Origin: Felis catus
Taxonomy: Eukaryota
Length of the DNA stretch: 64,000 nucleotides
Direction: 5' to 3'
NCBI RefSeq assembly: GCF_018350175.1
Contig: NC_058368.1
Span: forward strand, 149,732,001 to 149,796,000
Part shown: positions 52,416 through 63,400 of the stretch, in pieces
How positions within the stretch are numbered: position 1 is the stretch's first letter
Layout: each line of letters opens with the position of its first letter
The notes under the pieces: generated by a model
Told to the model about the DNA's origin: nothing
Databases searched by the model: none
Seen by the model: only the letters and a program-made list of their open reading frames with translations
Translations under genes and position numbers: made by a program

Positions 52416-55236
52416 CTATTAAAGAAGTTTCTATATTCAATGTGCTAACTGAATTTAGAGATGGAGGGGTTACCAGGAGATTTTTAGGTAGCCTTAAGAA
52501 TGCAGTGAGTTAGAGATTTTGTAGAACTCCTAAAGTGAAGAGGCCAAAGATTAGTTGGATTTCACGATGGTGCTTAAGGTGATATTTAAATTGTGGCTGA
52601 CACGGGAAAAGAATGGGAGTGTAAATAGGAGGAAAATATGGACCAGAGTCTTACTCATCCTGACTCTCCCATTTCCCTTTCCTCAAAACCATTATACTTC
52701 CCTTTTTCTTCTACTTCTCCCATAGGGAACTATCACATAAAGGAACCAAAGTGCAGTCAGGTGATACAGAAATATTTCTGGTTAGAGGAAAATAGTAGCC
52801 AAAGAAAAATAGACTGGAAATAATAAAAGAGGAGTATTGCTAATAAAGAATAAATAAAAATCAGCCAAATAAAGACAGTAGAATAAGAATAAACTAATAA
52901 AAATTAAAGACATTTATCTATTCTTCTTGCAAGAGAAGGAACATTTAGATCCAACTGCTCTAAGTTCCTTTAGTCATCAGAAGAAGGCTTCTGATAATTT
53001 TCTTTGAAGTGTATTTTATAGCCTCAGAGATCTTACTATGCTCTAAATTCTTCACAGTGTTTATAATTTTCATAAATCTTATTTAGTTAATATGCCACAT
53101 ACTGTAATCTCTGCAGAACTATTTACTTTTTAGTCAAAATAATTTCCTTTAACCTCTGTCTCCTCAATGTTATTTTCTCACAACATCTCCCTAATAAGGA
53201 AAAATGTGCTCTTGAAGATTCTAAGATGAGGTCAGCAAATGCAGTAGGAATATTAGGGGTTAGGAGTAAAAGCTTCTTTCCAAAATTTTTTGGGTCAATG
53301 GAACCTTTTGGTATTATTTAGATAAACTTGGAAGCCTATTTGTATAGCTGAGGATGTGCTAGGGCATGAAACACAATTTGGGATTGTTCAAACACAGCTG
53401 TAAGCTCTTTCTTACTTCTTGATCAGTTTTCCCCTCAGAAACAACTCATATATTTGTACTAAACCCCTTGAGGTTCTCTATAATTATATAACTGCCTAAG
53501 AATGACCTTTTTACATACTGAGGTATCAAAACTGAAAAATATGTTGGAATGTATTACATTCATATTTAAGTTGCCAATAAAATCAGAATGAGACAAATTC
53601 ATTTTCTAAAAATTAAATGCTCAGATTCTTTTCACCCACAAGTCTTTGCCCAGCATTTTTGATTATTTATTTTTCACTAAATACTATATTTAATTCAATA
53701 TCTGGATAACTTTTCTAAAATCACAAATATCAAAGATTGTTTTACTAAAGCTAAATGTTATTTTGAATTTTCCTCTTTTGTAATTTGTTCTTTTTTTCAG
53801 TACCTCCTTGTTTAATATTATCTGTAAATTTAATTAACAGACTGTTTACTTCCCTTTGTTAACTGATGTTACATAACACCACATCTAACACCAATTGCTG
53901 CAGAATCCCTGTAATGCCTCTCTCCACATAGATATTTCATATATTTTTTTAAAGTTGTTCTTCAGTTTTTGACTCACGAAACTTTAAGGACTTTGACTCA
54001 TGAAAGCTCAAGGAGTCAAGAAATACAGGGGCCTGGAAGAAAAGAAAAGGAAACCCAGAAGCAGAAATTGAGGGAGAAATACATAGGAGCAAAGAGAACA
54101 TGAGACCACAAATGAGAGAAGGGCAGAAGGTCAAGGTGAATAGAAAAAGAAAAAAAAGGCAATAGACAAAAATAAGGTATAAACATTTAACCCTTCTATA
54201 AAAATAAAATGTCACTGAAGATGGAAGACTGACTTGAGATTCAGGAAGCACACAAGTAATAGTAAAGATCAAAGCCTAGATCTGTCCAATAAAAGGAGTA
54301 TATAAGATATTTGAAAATAACTGATGAATGATAAGTGGCAGTCTCTGGATAAAAAGGACAGCACAACTCTAAGATTGAATATATGGTAAGATATTGGTAT
54401 TAGGTTGATACACAGATATAGTAGGTGTTTCGTACTAATTGAGTAATTGGTATCCGAAGATGTGAGCTGATCTAATCTAGTATTTGTTAAAAGGATGGAG
54501 ACGTGTTCAAAGCTGTTGACATGGATGTCTAGCACTGGGCTAGGCAGTAGAACACATATTGTATTTGCAGTCTAGCTTTGTAGGTACATAAATCTAAAAG
54601 TAACTAGAAAACGATGTGACTCAGTGTGTAATTGGTGTTGGCTGATTAAATATTGGCTTTTAATTGCTAAAGAATTTCAAAAGGGGGAAGAAGACAATTC
54701 TGCAAATTAGAATAGTGAGCTTGACTTGGAATCTTAGGCACATACAGAAGAAGTATGAGCACTCAGAGATCTGTGATAACAAGAGCTGGTCATAACTTGC
54801 CAGTCCAGTGCCCTACATTCAAAGGCTGTTGTGGGTAATTGGGGTGGGAGTGTTGGAGGACTGAAGTGGTAATTCACTGTGGTTTTCAAGCACAGGCTAC
54901 ATGAAAATTTGTTGGCAGTTGGTGGAATATGCACTTTGAAGTTCTCTTCTTACTTTGAGGGTCTAAGTTTAAAAGAAAAAGAAAAACTGTTCTCACGGAG
55001 GCCACTGTAAGAAGTAGGACCAAAATTATTAAGTATTATGGAATTACTTCATTATGCATTTTCTCATTTCCCAACCTCCTTTCTAGAATAGTCCAGGGCT
55101 TAGCAACACAATACCTATTTCTGTTATCCACCTACCTAATGAATGGCATTGAGTTGGCTTTCTCATCTATTCTTCTTTGTTTCAGAACCATTTTTTAGGT
55201 ATTGCATACCTCCTTCTTGATTAGCATACTATAGTA

Positions 55237-55380
55237 TAGTGGTTCTTAAATGTGTAAACTTGGAGAGCCTAGTAAAAGATTCCTGTGATTTCTGATTCAG
55301 AGGGTCTGGGATGGAGCCAAGAATTTGTGTTTCTAACAAGTTCCTGGGATAATGCTGGTCTAAGACCACTTTTGTGACTA
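55237..55380. mobile_element. MER5A-like hAT-Charlie DNA transposon
   Basis: tagtggttcttaaa...tttctgattcagagggtctgggatggagccaagaatttgtgtttctaacaagttcc...gaccacttt. Confidence 0.8.
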
Positions 55381-57121
55381 ATCCATCTTTGCTCTCACAA
55401 GTGGTATGCTGTATAAGAGGTAAGCACAATGAAGAAGTCCTCAGGATTACTTTCTAATCAACTTAGTCACTAATTTGGCAAATAGTGCTTATGCAAACTT
55501 ACAAAGTAAAGGAAAATATCTTGTGCATACCTTGCCACCTCTTTTAGTGGTCTTTTCCTTTTTTCCTGGGCCTCTGTTATAGCCCCTACCCATCCCCTTC
55601 CTTATGTGCTCCTCTCTTGGTTTGATCATCGTTGGCAGAGAAAACATCCATCTCAAAGACCAATATTTAAAGGTATTTAATGTGGGATTCCTTCTGAGAG
55701 AATTAAAAAACAAAACAGTATCATTTGCCAAAGGGCAAATTGCACATACTGTAATTTCAAACAATGGAAATGATTCCTCCATCTATATGCATGCATGAGA
55801 TAGTTTATATATAGTCCATGAAAGACAAAACAAACCCCATCTCTCTGGCTATATTTAGGGTGAGAAAACAGTTTATTGATAATTTTTGAAGCCATGCATA
55901 ATTGTATATGGCACTTTGGAACCTTGGTATTTGCCTGGTTCAAGGTTCTCTATGCTTCACATGTGCATCGTGGAGCGTGCCCCGCTGTGTTCTGCACGCA
56001 AATGAACGTCATCCCTCCTCTCCACACCACATTAGTACCCAACATACCTGCGATGGCACTGGTGTGTGTGTTGGGCGGGAATAGAGACAGAGAGGTATGA
56101 CAGGAGAGATGGCGATTGTGGGAAACAAAACAAAATGTGTAGTCTCAGAAATCGCACTTTACAACTATTATTTCCACCAAAATTTTTAGGTCACCCCATA
56201 TTACTTCCCTATTTCGTTTGAGTTTCAGAACGTAGTTTAAAATTTCATTTTATTTTTTAATATGGAATGCAACGAAAACAAAAAAACAATTAATAGCACT
56301 GCCTCGAACTTCGAGGCAATCCCTCATCCCCGGGCTTCGCGTCCGGTTTCTGCACCGCTGGGTAAAGGTGTTTTTTTCTAGCAGTCAGGAAGCAGAGAAC
56401 CGGCTTCGCGGCATCTTCCTTTCCCTTTTCCTCGGTTCCTTCCTCTCCAACCCCTCCTGGTCCCTCCTTTCTCTCCTGCTTTCACAGTGCAGCACGGCCG
56501 CGTGCTCGGGTACCCACTCCTCCCCTCCGCCCATCAAACAAAACCCAGAGAGGCAGGCGCGCCCTGCCGCCGGCGACACCCACGGGAGAAACGGCCACAC
56601 CACCACACGCTCGTACCACAGCGAAACAGTGAGCACGGCCGCGCACCGCGCGTCCCCGCCGCTTCCTTCCCTCCCGACGCTTCCTTTTCCTCCCTCGAGT
56701 CCCAGCGCCCTCACCCCCGCGCCAGGAACGCGCCTGCGCAGAAGTTGCCCTCACCCTCCTCCCCCGCCCTTCCTTCCCTCGGCTCCTCCACTGGTGCCCC
56801 GCCTTCCTTTCTCTCTAGTCGGTTTCACTGAGCACTCCAGGTTGGGAGCAGTTCAGTCGATTTCCCCGCTACCCCGCCCCCCTTCCTCTTGGCTCCCCAC
56901 CCCTCCCATCTCCAGCCCGGTGGAGGATGAAGCGGCTGCAGTGGCCCCAGCCCCAGCAGCGGCACCGGCGGTGGCTGCGGTGGGGGTGGCCGGAACTAGG
57001 GTGGTGAAGAAGCGGTGGCGGTGGCGGCGGCGGTGGCTGAAGGAGCGGCAGCCGCCCCAGCCGCTTCCTCTGTGCTTCCCTTCCTCTTTAGTGCAGCCAG
57101 GAAGTTTTTCACTTCTGTGCA

Positions 57122-57160
57122 TGTGTGTGTGTGTGTGTGTGTGTGTGAGTGTGGGTGTGT
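57122..57160. repeat. (TG)n microsatellite in the RASA1 5' leader
   Basis: (TG)13 at 57122-57147 followed by an imperfect TG tail. Confidence 0.95.
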
Positions 57161-57418
57161 AAGGTGAGGGCTTGGGGCGGCGTTTGTGCAGGCGTTGAGT
57201 TTTTTGCCCACTTCGCTTCCCGTAACCCGGGCAGCTCCGGAGCCGGGGCTGTGGCCCGAGGAGGGGGCGCGGCGGCGGGCTCTCTCCTTTTGTTGTTGTT
57301 TCCTCCGCCTGGGGAGCTGAAGGGGGACGCGCCTGGGTGGGGCGGCTCGGAGCCCGGGCCTGGTGGCCCCCGGGGCTCCCGGGCGAGCTGGGTAGGGCAG
57401 AGTAGATCGGGCTTCAAC

Positions 57419-57933
57419 ATGATGGCGGCCGAGGCCGGCAGTGAGGAGGGCGGCCCGGTGACCGCCGGGGCAGCAGGAGGCGGCGCAGCCGCGGGCTCGA
57501 GTGCCTATCCGGCAGTATGTAGGGTGAAGATACCCGCGGCCCTGCCTGTGGCTGCCGTACCCTATCCTGGGCTGGCGGAGACCGGAGTAGCCGGGAACCT
57601 GGCTGGCGGAGCCGCTTTGGGGTCGGGGTTCCTGGGAGCCGGGTCTGTGGCAGGGGCAATGGGGGGAGCCGGACTGTCAGGGGGAGGTGCTGCCGCTGGC
57701 GTGGCTGGCGCCGCTGCCGGACTTGGAGGAGAGATGGGTCTCGCCAAGGGGACCACTTCGTTGCCTGCTGAGACCTTCGGGGCAGGCGGCGGATTCCCTC
57801 CTCTGCCGCCTCCTCCTCAGCTGCCCCCTTTGGGCGCCGGCCTGGGAACGGTGGACGAAGGTGACTCTCTGGATGGACCAGAATACGAGGAAGAAGAGGT
57901 CGCCATCCCGTTGACTGCTCCTCCAACTAACCA
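57419..57933 (+). CDS. RASA1: RASA1 (Ras GTPase-activating protein 1, p120GAP) first coding exon; 171 codons + 2 nt, phase 2
   Basis: Translation MMAAEAGSEEGGPVTAG...YPAVCRVKIPAALPVAA...GGGFPPLPPPP...DEGDSLDGPEYEEEEVAIPLTAPPTNQ matches the recognisable RASA1 N-terminus. Kozak aacATGATGg. Ends at the canonical donor CA|GTAAGT (GT at 57934). Confidence 0.98.
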
Positions 57934-59769
57934 GTAAGTCAGGACAGCTGTTCAGGGACTGGGGAAGCTGGCTCCTGGAAAGAAGTGGGAAAACCTACCT
58001 CGTTCTTTCAGCTGTGATTTGTTCTGAAAAGTTTTGAAGCTTCAGGTTCCGCGCGTAGGAATTTAATTTGATAACTCATCTTCCCTGCGGGCATACTCCC
58101 TGGCGTCTTTGTATATTTATTGTTACTCTGGGAAGACGTAAAGTTTTTAAGATGAGAAGCATGGGGAAAATGTGTATCCATTGAGAACCGGATATAGTTC
58201 TGCCCCTTCCAAATTTAGTTGGCGTCCTGGGATTGAGCTGAGCTTGCAGCTGCCAAGGCAGTCGGAGTTTGTATTAACCTGTGTGTGTATTCCCTGGTGA
58301 AGCTCGATTATTCGTCAGAAGCTTTGAATATACAAGTATTTGAATGAGTTTTGTACTGATAATCATTCGAAACATCCATTGGTCAGAACGCTTTGTTTCT
58401 GTGGCACTGCAAATCCCCATTTATGCCAATTGAAAGCATAGCGATGCAGCAGTCTTCACATCATTTATGAAGATGTGGGTCAGCGAGAAAGGAAAGGGTT
58501 CTGTGAATTACAGGTGTGATTAAGGGCCTATCCTCCAACAACGTCTGTAACTTAGGCTAAAGAATTCCCATTTATTATTCGTGTAATCTTTTACAGTTGA
58601 GACTTTGTAAGTACAGTTTTGAAGTAAAATAAAATTAAAAGAGTGCTTCTCTTCAACACTTTGTTGGTGACCAGTACAGTGTTATATTTGACAATTAGTT
58701 TTGACAGAATATTGCTGAACACATAGGGCAAATGGCTTTTTCAAATAGTGAGTACGTTTCCCTTCGTCAGCGAACATAGGTATGTATTTATAAAGGTGGA
58801 CCTTGATGGGAGGAAAATGTTGATGGTAGTAAATAAATAAAAAGTGGTTAATGATAGCAAAACTTTTTATATAGATCACTCAAGTAAGTATTAATTGACC
58901 TTTAGAATTTTGACACCCTTAGTGTATCAGAAAAAAAAGATTTGGTTCGTATGTTGACATTCACTATGGACAATTGAAAGGTTTGTTTGTTTTGGATAAG
59001 CTTTGGAGGATTTGGAAGGGACTTAAAAAATGAATTAGAAAAAGATTCTGTAATACTAATCCATTTTTGACTTCAGGCTACTTCTTTTGATACTTAAGGT
59101 GGAAAAGTAAAATTAGCCTTATTTTTGTCAGCCACGATATAGCAGTATTGTATATTTTTCATATTGTTAAATGAGAATTTAATTTTTTTGTCTGGTTTTA
59201 TTCCAACTTGCCATACTATGTCTTTGTTTTATAGACTTCTGAAGGTGTTCTGGAAGTGTGAAAAATTTGAATTTTACAGCACTGTTTACACACCTCCAAG
59301 CCTTTTTGAAAGAATCAAATATTTAGGTGCCCATACATTGCTCAGCACTGCAGTTATAATAAAGTGCAACTTTGCATACTGAAAGAATATAGTCTTATGC
59401 TAGTGTTCGTAACGGAATTGCATTAGGCATATTCAGTGTATTCTAAATTTTTTTAAAAAAGAATTTTGTAGAACAGTTTTAGTTTCACGGCAAAATTGCA
59501 TAGAAAATAATATAGTGTTCCCATTAAATTGATAACAATAAACATGAATGAGTACTTAGGAAAATTTGTGTTTGTGAGAAGTCCATTGTGTGAGATTTCC
59601 ATCATTATTAGTATGTATTTGGGAATAAAAATATTTGTATGACTATTGAGAAATGTTCATGTTCTAAAAAGTATCCTCCATTTCTCCTATGTTTTTTAAA
59701 TTTGTCACTGAGAAGTACAAATTTCCCTCTTTTCTTTATCTTAGATATCAGCCCAGAGTCACTGGAGGC

Positions 59770-60000
59770 AATACAGTGTAGTGGTTAAGCGTGCAAATTC
59801 TGAAGTTAGACAAGATTTGGGTTGGAATCCTGACTCTGCCACTTATAGCTGTGTGATCTTGGAAAGGTTAGTTTCCCCACCTGTAAAATAGGGATAATAA
59901 TGGTACCTCCATCATATGGTCATCTTTAAGGTTTAATGAGAACCCAGAAGTTTTCAGCATAGTGCCTGGTGCATAGTAAGTGTTCAATAAGTAGTATCCC
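59770..60000 (+). mobile_element. MIR
   Basis: agtgtagtggttaagcgtgc...aatcctgactctgccacttatagctgtgtgatcttgg...ctgtaaaatagggataataa...gtgcctggtgcatagtaagtgttcaataa. Confidence 0.92.
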
Positions 60001-60145
60001 TAAATAACAGTAATATTTTTTTATTGTCATTAAATTGCCTACTAATTCTGTTGGTACAGGGACTCCCTCACGAATCGTTACTTTAGAGAATGGTTTGAAC
60101 TCCAAAGGCCTATCTACCATGATTAATTATTTTAAAAATTATGAC

Positions 60146-60292
60146 TTTTTTTTTAATGTTTATTTTTGAGAGAGGGGCAGAGAGGGGGGCAGAGGATCCC
60201 AAGTGGGCTCTGTGCTGAGAGCAGAGCAAACTGTGAGATCATGACCTGAGCTGAAGTTGGATGCTTAACCAACTGAACTATCCAGGCACCTC
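60146..60292 (-). mobile_element. SINEC (internally deleted)
   Basis: TSD taaaaattatgact. Confidence 0.9.
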
Positions 60293-60477
60293 TAAAAATT
60301 ATGACTCCTTAAGGCTTCCAATAGATTAAGTAGGTTTGGAGATGAAGTTCAGGTCTTTTCTATAAAGTTCTATTTTAAATTGAAACAAAAACTTTAATGA
60401 TTTGGTTAAATAATGTCAAATCTTTTGTAAAGCTATTGAAGAAATGTTCTTGGACTAAATTAATATTTGTTTACTAG

Positions 60478-60670
60478 TGACTGGTCACCTTAGTTATTGG
60501 ATAGCATGATATTAAGGAGGTTCGGGTCATAGGTTTGAGTCCATAGTAGTTTGTTAGAGTAGGATTCCCTGGTCACAGTATTCAACCGTGTATCCAGCTA
60601 GTTTGGTGCTGTTGGTCGCAAGAGAGTCAAATGACAATATGTAGATAGACAAGTACAAATATATTAATGC
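60478..60670 (+). mobile_element. Ancient tRNA-derived SINE, MamSINE1-like
   Basis: Degenerate tRNA head (ccttagttattggatagcatg...gggtcataggtttgagtcc) then ttccctggtcacag...tgctgttggtcgcaagag...tgtagatagac; recognised by eye. Confidence 0.6.
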
Positions 60671-61065
60671 CATTCATATTTTGTACCTTGTTTTTCTGTG
60701 CATGGTGAATCATTGTCTCGTGTATTACTGAGCATTTACATAAATTGGGGTAAGGCTGGAGAAGTTTGTGTAATTTTAACTATTACATTTATTTGAATAT
60801 TTTGCTTTCACAAGTTTTGAGGAAAAAACAATTAAAAAGCAATGAAATTCTCCCTGTGTATTTTTATGCTATAGAAGGTGCTGTATCTAACAGATTTTCT
60901 TTTCAAGAGAGAGAAAAGTTAAAGGAGTTTGTCACTGGTAGGCCTTATGATTTTATGACCTGCTCTTAGTGGCCTTGGTTATTTTTTACCTCTTCTCTAG
61001 AAGTTAGGGGTGACAGTAAAGGAGCATTGTTCCCTTAGTCCATCTTCAATTTTATGTAGAGACTT

Positions 61066-61484
61066 CTTAAATTTTTATTTTATGTTTCAGAGAAAGAGCA
61101 TGCACACATGTGAGCAGGGAAGGGACAAAAGAGAGGGAGAATCTTTTTTTCTTTTAATTGTTTTTAATGTTTATTTGTTTTTGAGAGAGAGGGACAGACA
61201 GATCACAAGTGGGGGAGGGGCAGAGAGTGATGGGGACATAGAATCAGAAGCAGGCTCCAGGCCCTGAGCTGTCAGCTCCGACTTGGGGCTCAAACTCATG
61301 AACTGTGAGATCATGACCTGAGCTGAAGTCAGATGCTCAACTGGCTGAGCCACCCAAGCACCCCAGAGAGAGAGAATCTTAAGCAGGCCTCGTGCCCTGA
61401 AGCAGGGCTCAATCTAAGGACTCATGACCTGAGCCGAAAAATCAGGAGTTAAATGGTTAACTGACTGGGCCACCCAGCACCCCC
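61066..61484 (-). mobile_element. Nested SINECs: inner copy 61146-61364 within an older outer copy
   Basis: Inner TSD agagag(g/a)gagaatctt at 61130-61145 and 61365-61380. Confidence 0.92.
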
Positions 61485-61519
61485 TACATGTAGAGATTTT
61501 AAACTGTCACCTGCAGTAG

Positions 61520-61810
61520 CAGGATGCCCTTGGAATGAATCCAGTCCACAGATCTATATTGCGTGCTTTTGGTGTAGTTGGAACATTTAGTAAGTAGTTG
61601 CTACCATTTAAAAAATAGGAAGACGTCACATTTAAGAAGTCTTAGTTTCTAGCACACTTCCAAAATCACAGGATTTGGGGCTCCCTAGTTGCTGTTCCTG
61701 TTTGAGAGCAGATTGCCAGAGCTGAGTAATGGTTGCCCCTTTTAGGTGAGTCCTGAGCTCTAGTTTGCGGTAGTCTCTACGAGGCTTGTTTTGCCTTTGG
61801 GATTATGTGC
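61520..61810. mobile_element. MER102-like hAT-Charlie fragment
   Basis: catttaaaaaataggaagacgtcacat...gctgagtaatggttgcccctttta. Confidence 0.5.
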
Positions 61811-62939
61811 CTGGCATGTGGCATAGATCTTTCCTTGGACCTAATATGCCGGCTTGTCAACCCTGAAACTTGAAGGAAGAGGAAATAAGGAATGTTAACT
61901 GGTACCTTTCTTTTCTTTGAAAAAAACATCCATCTCTACAAAAATAAAATCATAATTAAGCCAAATAATTATTAGAGGTTAATGTTAGGACGTGTAGTAT
62001 TTATTAACTTTGTCACTAATTACATTATAACCATGGGTGAGTCATTTTTTCTTAATAAACTTAGGGGTGAGAATTGCAGAGATTAGTTATGTACAGAGTG
62101 GTTGCTGACGAGGACCCAGATATTTTTTACAATATTTGTATGAATAGTAGAGCAGTGTAGTAGGTGCTTAATTTAAGGGATAAAAAAATGAGTTGGATGC
62201 CTTTTTCTCAAGTCTCTCTTTCTGGGCAGTTATAGATCTAGTAGGAAGTTAAGTAAACCAACTACTCTGATTCAGGCTAGATTAAGATAAATATCATGAG
62301 CGAAGTATGAGCAAAGAGTCATGGCCTTTAAAAGAATAAGAAATTTATATAATTAGGGTCAGTAAGTCTTTGAGGAAAAGTAGCAAGTATGTTATCCCGG
62401 CTGCTTAATTTATTTTCTAAACATGACCTTTTTGGTCCCCACTCTCTTTGCCTAATGATTATATCAGGTAAAAAAGACTTAAAGGTTAAATGAGTATAAA
62501 CTTTTGGCCCCAAGAGAAGAGTCTGTCCTACTGAACTCTTAATTACTTACTTGTGGTCTGGAAGGGGATTGAAGGAGGTGTCTGTAGTTACTGGGAATAC
62601 AGAGCACGGCCAAAGGCTGGAATTGGTTTGGGTCATTGATAGGTACTTTGGGGAAATTAGGAAAGCATTATTGACAGAGATAAAAAGAAAAAGGACAGCT
62701 GTAAATTAGGAAGAAGAAAGGGAAAGCAAAATGCAGGCCTTTCTGGTTGCTTTACTCTTCTCTTTTTACTGGCCTTTAGGGGGATGACAGACTGCCTTTA
62801 AGAGCAGCTCTAATACCCAAAAACAATACCTTGGTAGTGGTGAGGGGGACTTATGACAGTATTAATAATAACTGTTACTACTGCTGACATTTTTTGGTTG
62901 CTTGCTACCAAACAAGAACTGTTCTAATTGGCTTACATG

Positions 62940-63400
62940 TGTTGGTTTAGTTATATATTGCTTCACTCCAAAACTAAATGTTTATCTGTTCTTGATTCTA
63001 AAGTTGGCAAGGCTTGATGGGGACTGCTGCATGTGTCATTTGTTGGCTATCGTATCGAAGGTGGCTTCTTAATGATGCCTTAGCTGGGACGGCTGGAACA
63101 GCTGATGGATAGCCGGGACTATGGCTGCCTCTCTCCTTGTATACCCTTCATGCAGCCTTCCCCCTTAATTAGCTTGAGCTTCTCTACAACATGGCAGCTG
63201 GGTTTGCAAGGGAGCATGTCAAGAGGGCAACAAGCCTCATTGTGCCAACACGTATCGAGTCTCTGTGTTCTTCAGTGTTTGCTGATGTTCCAATGGCCAG
63301 TGCTAATAAACATGACCCAGTTTAGAGTTAGTATGGGTGGGACTGCATCACTACCGGGAGGTGAGATTTGTTGAGGGCCTCAAAGTAACAGCCTACTTCA
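62940..63400 (-). mobile_element. MLT1-type LTR
   Basis: ttagttatatattgct...acatggcagctgggtttgcaag...tttgctgatgttccaatggccag...catgaccc. Confidence 0.65.

Larger units (their letters stand above)
56300..57960 (+). promoter_or_regulatory. RASA1: CpG island: RASA1 promoter, 5' leader and exon 1
   Basis: Abrupt rise in GC and CpG. GC boxes CCCCGCCC at ~56762 and ~56872, NRF1-like GCGCCTGCGCA at 56730-56740, ETS-like GGAAG motifs, no obvious TATA. The TSS cannot be placed from sequence. Confidence 0.9.

Noticed and set aside
56368..57162. 264-aa + ORF and several antisense ORFs across the CpG island
   Set aside because: Non-ATG starts or low-complexity Pro/Ala/Arg translations typical of stop-poor GC-rich DNA; no recognisable domain.
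57121..57421. Idea that microsatellite slippage fuses the upstream ATG in frame to the main RASA1 CDS without splicing
   Set aside because: TGA at 57146-57148 closes the RASA1 frame right at the end of the repeat.
57934..57937. Stop codon ending RASA1 at 172 aa (truncated gene or pseudogene)
   Set aside because: The TAA is inside the GTAAGT splice donor and is intronic.
58490..58499. AGGAAAGG|GT as a decayed MKG alternative exon
   Set aside because: No ATG, a poor donor (GTTCTG), and a match short enough to be chance.
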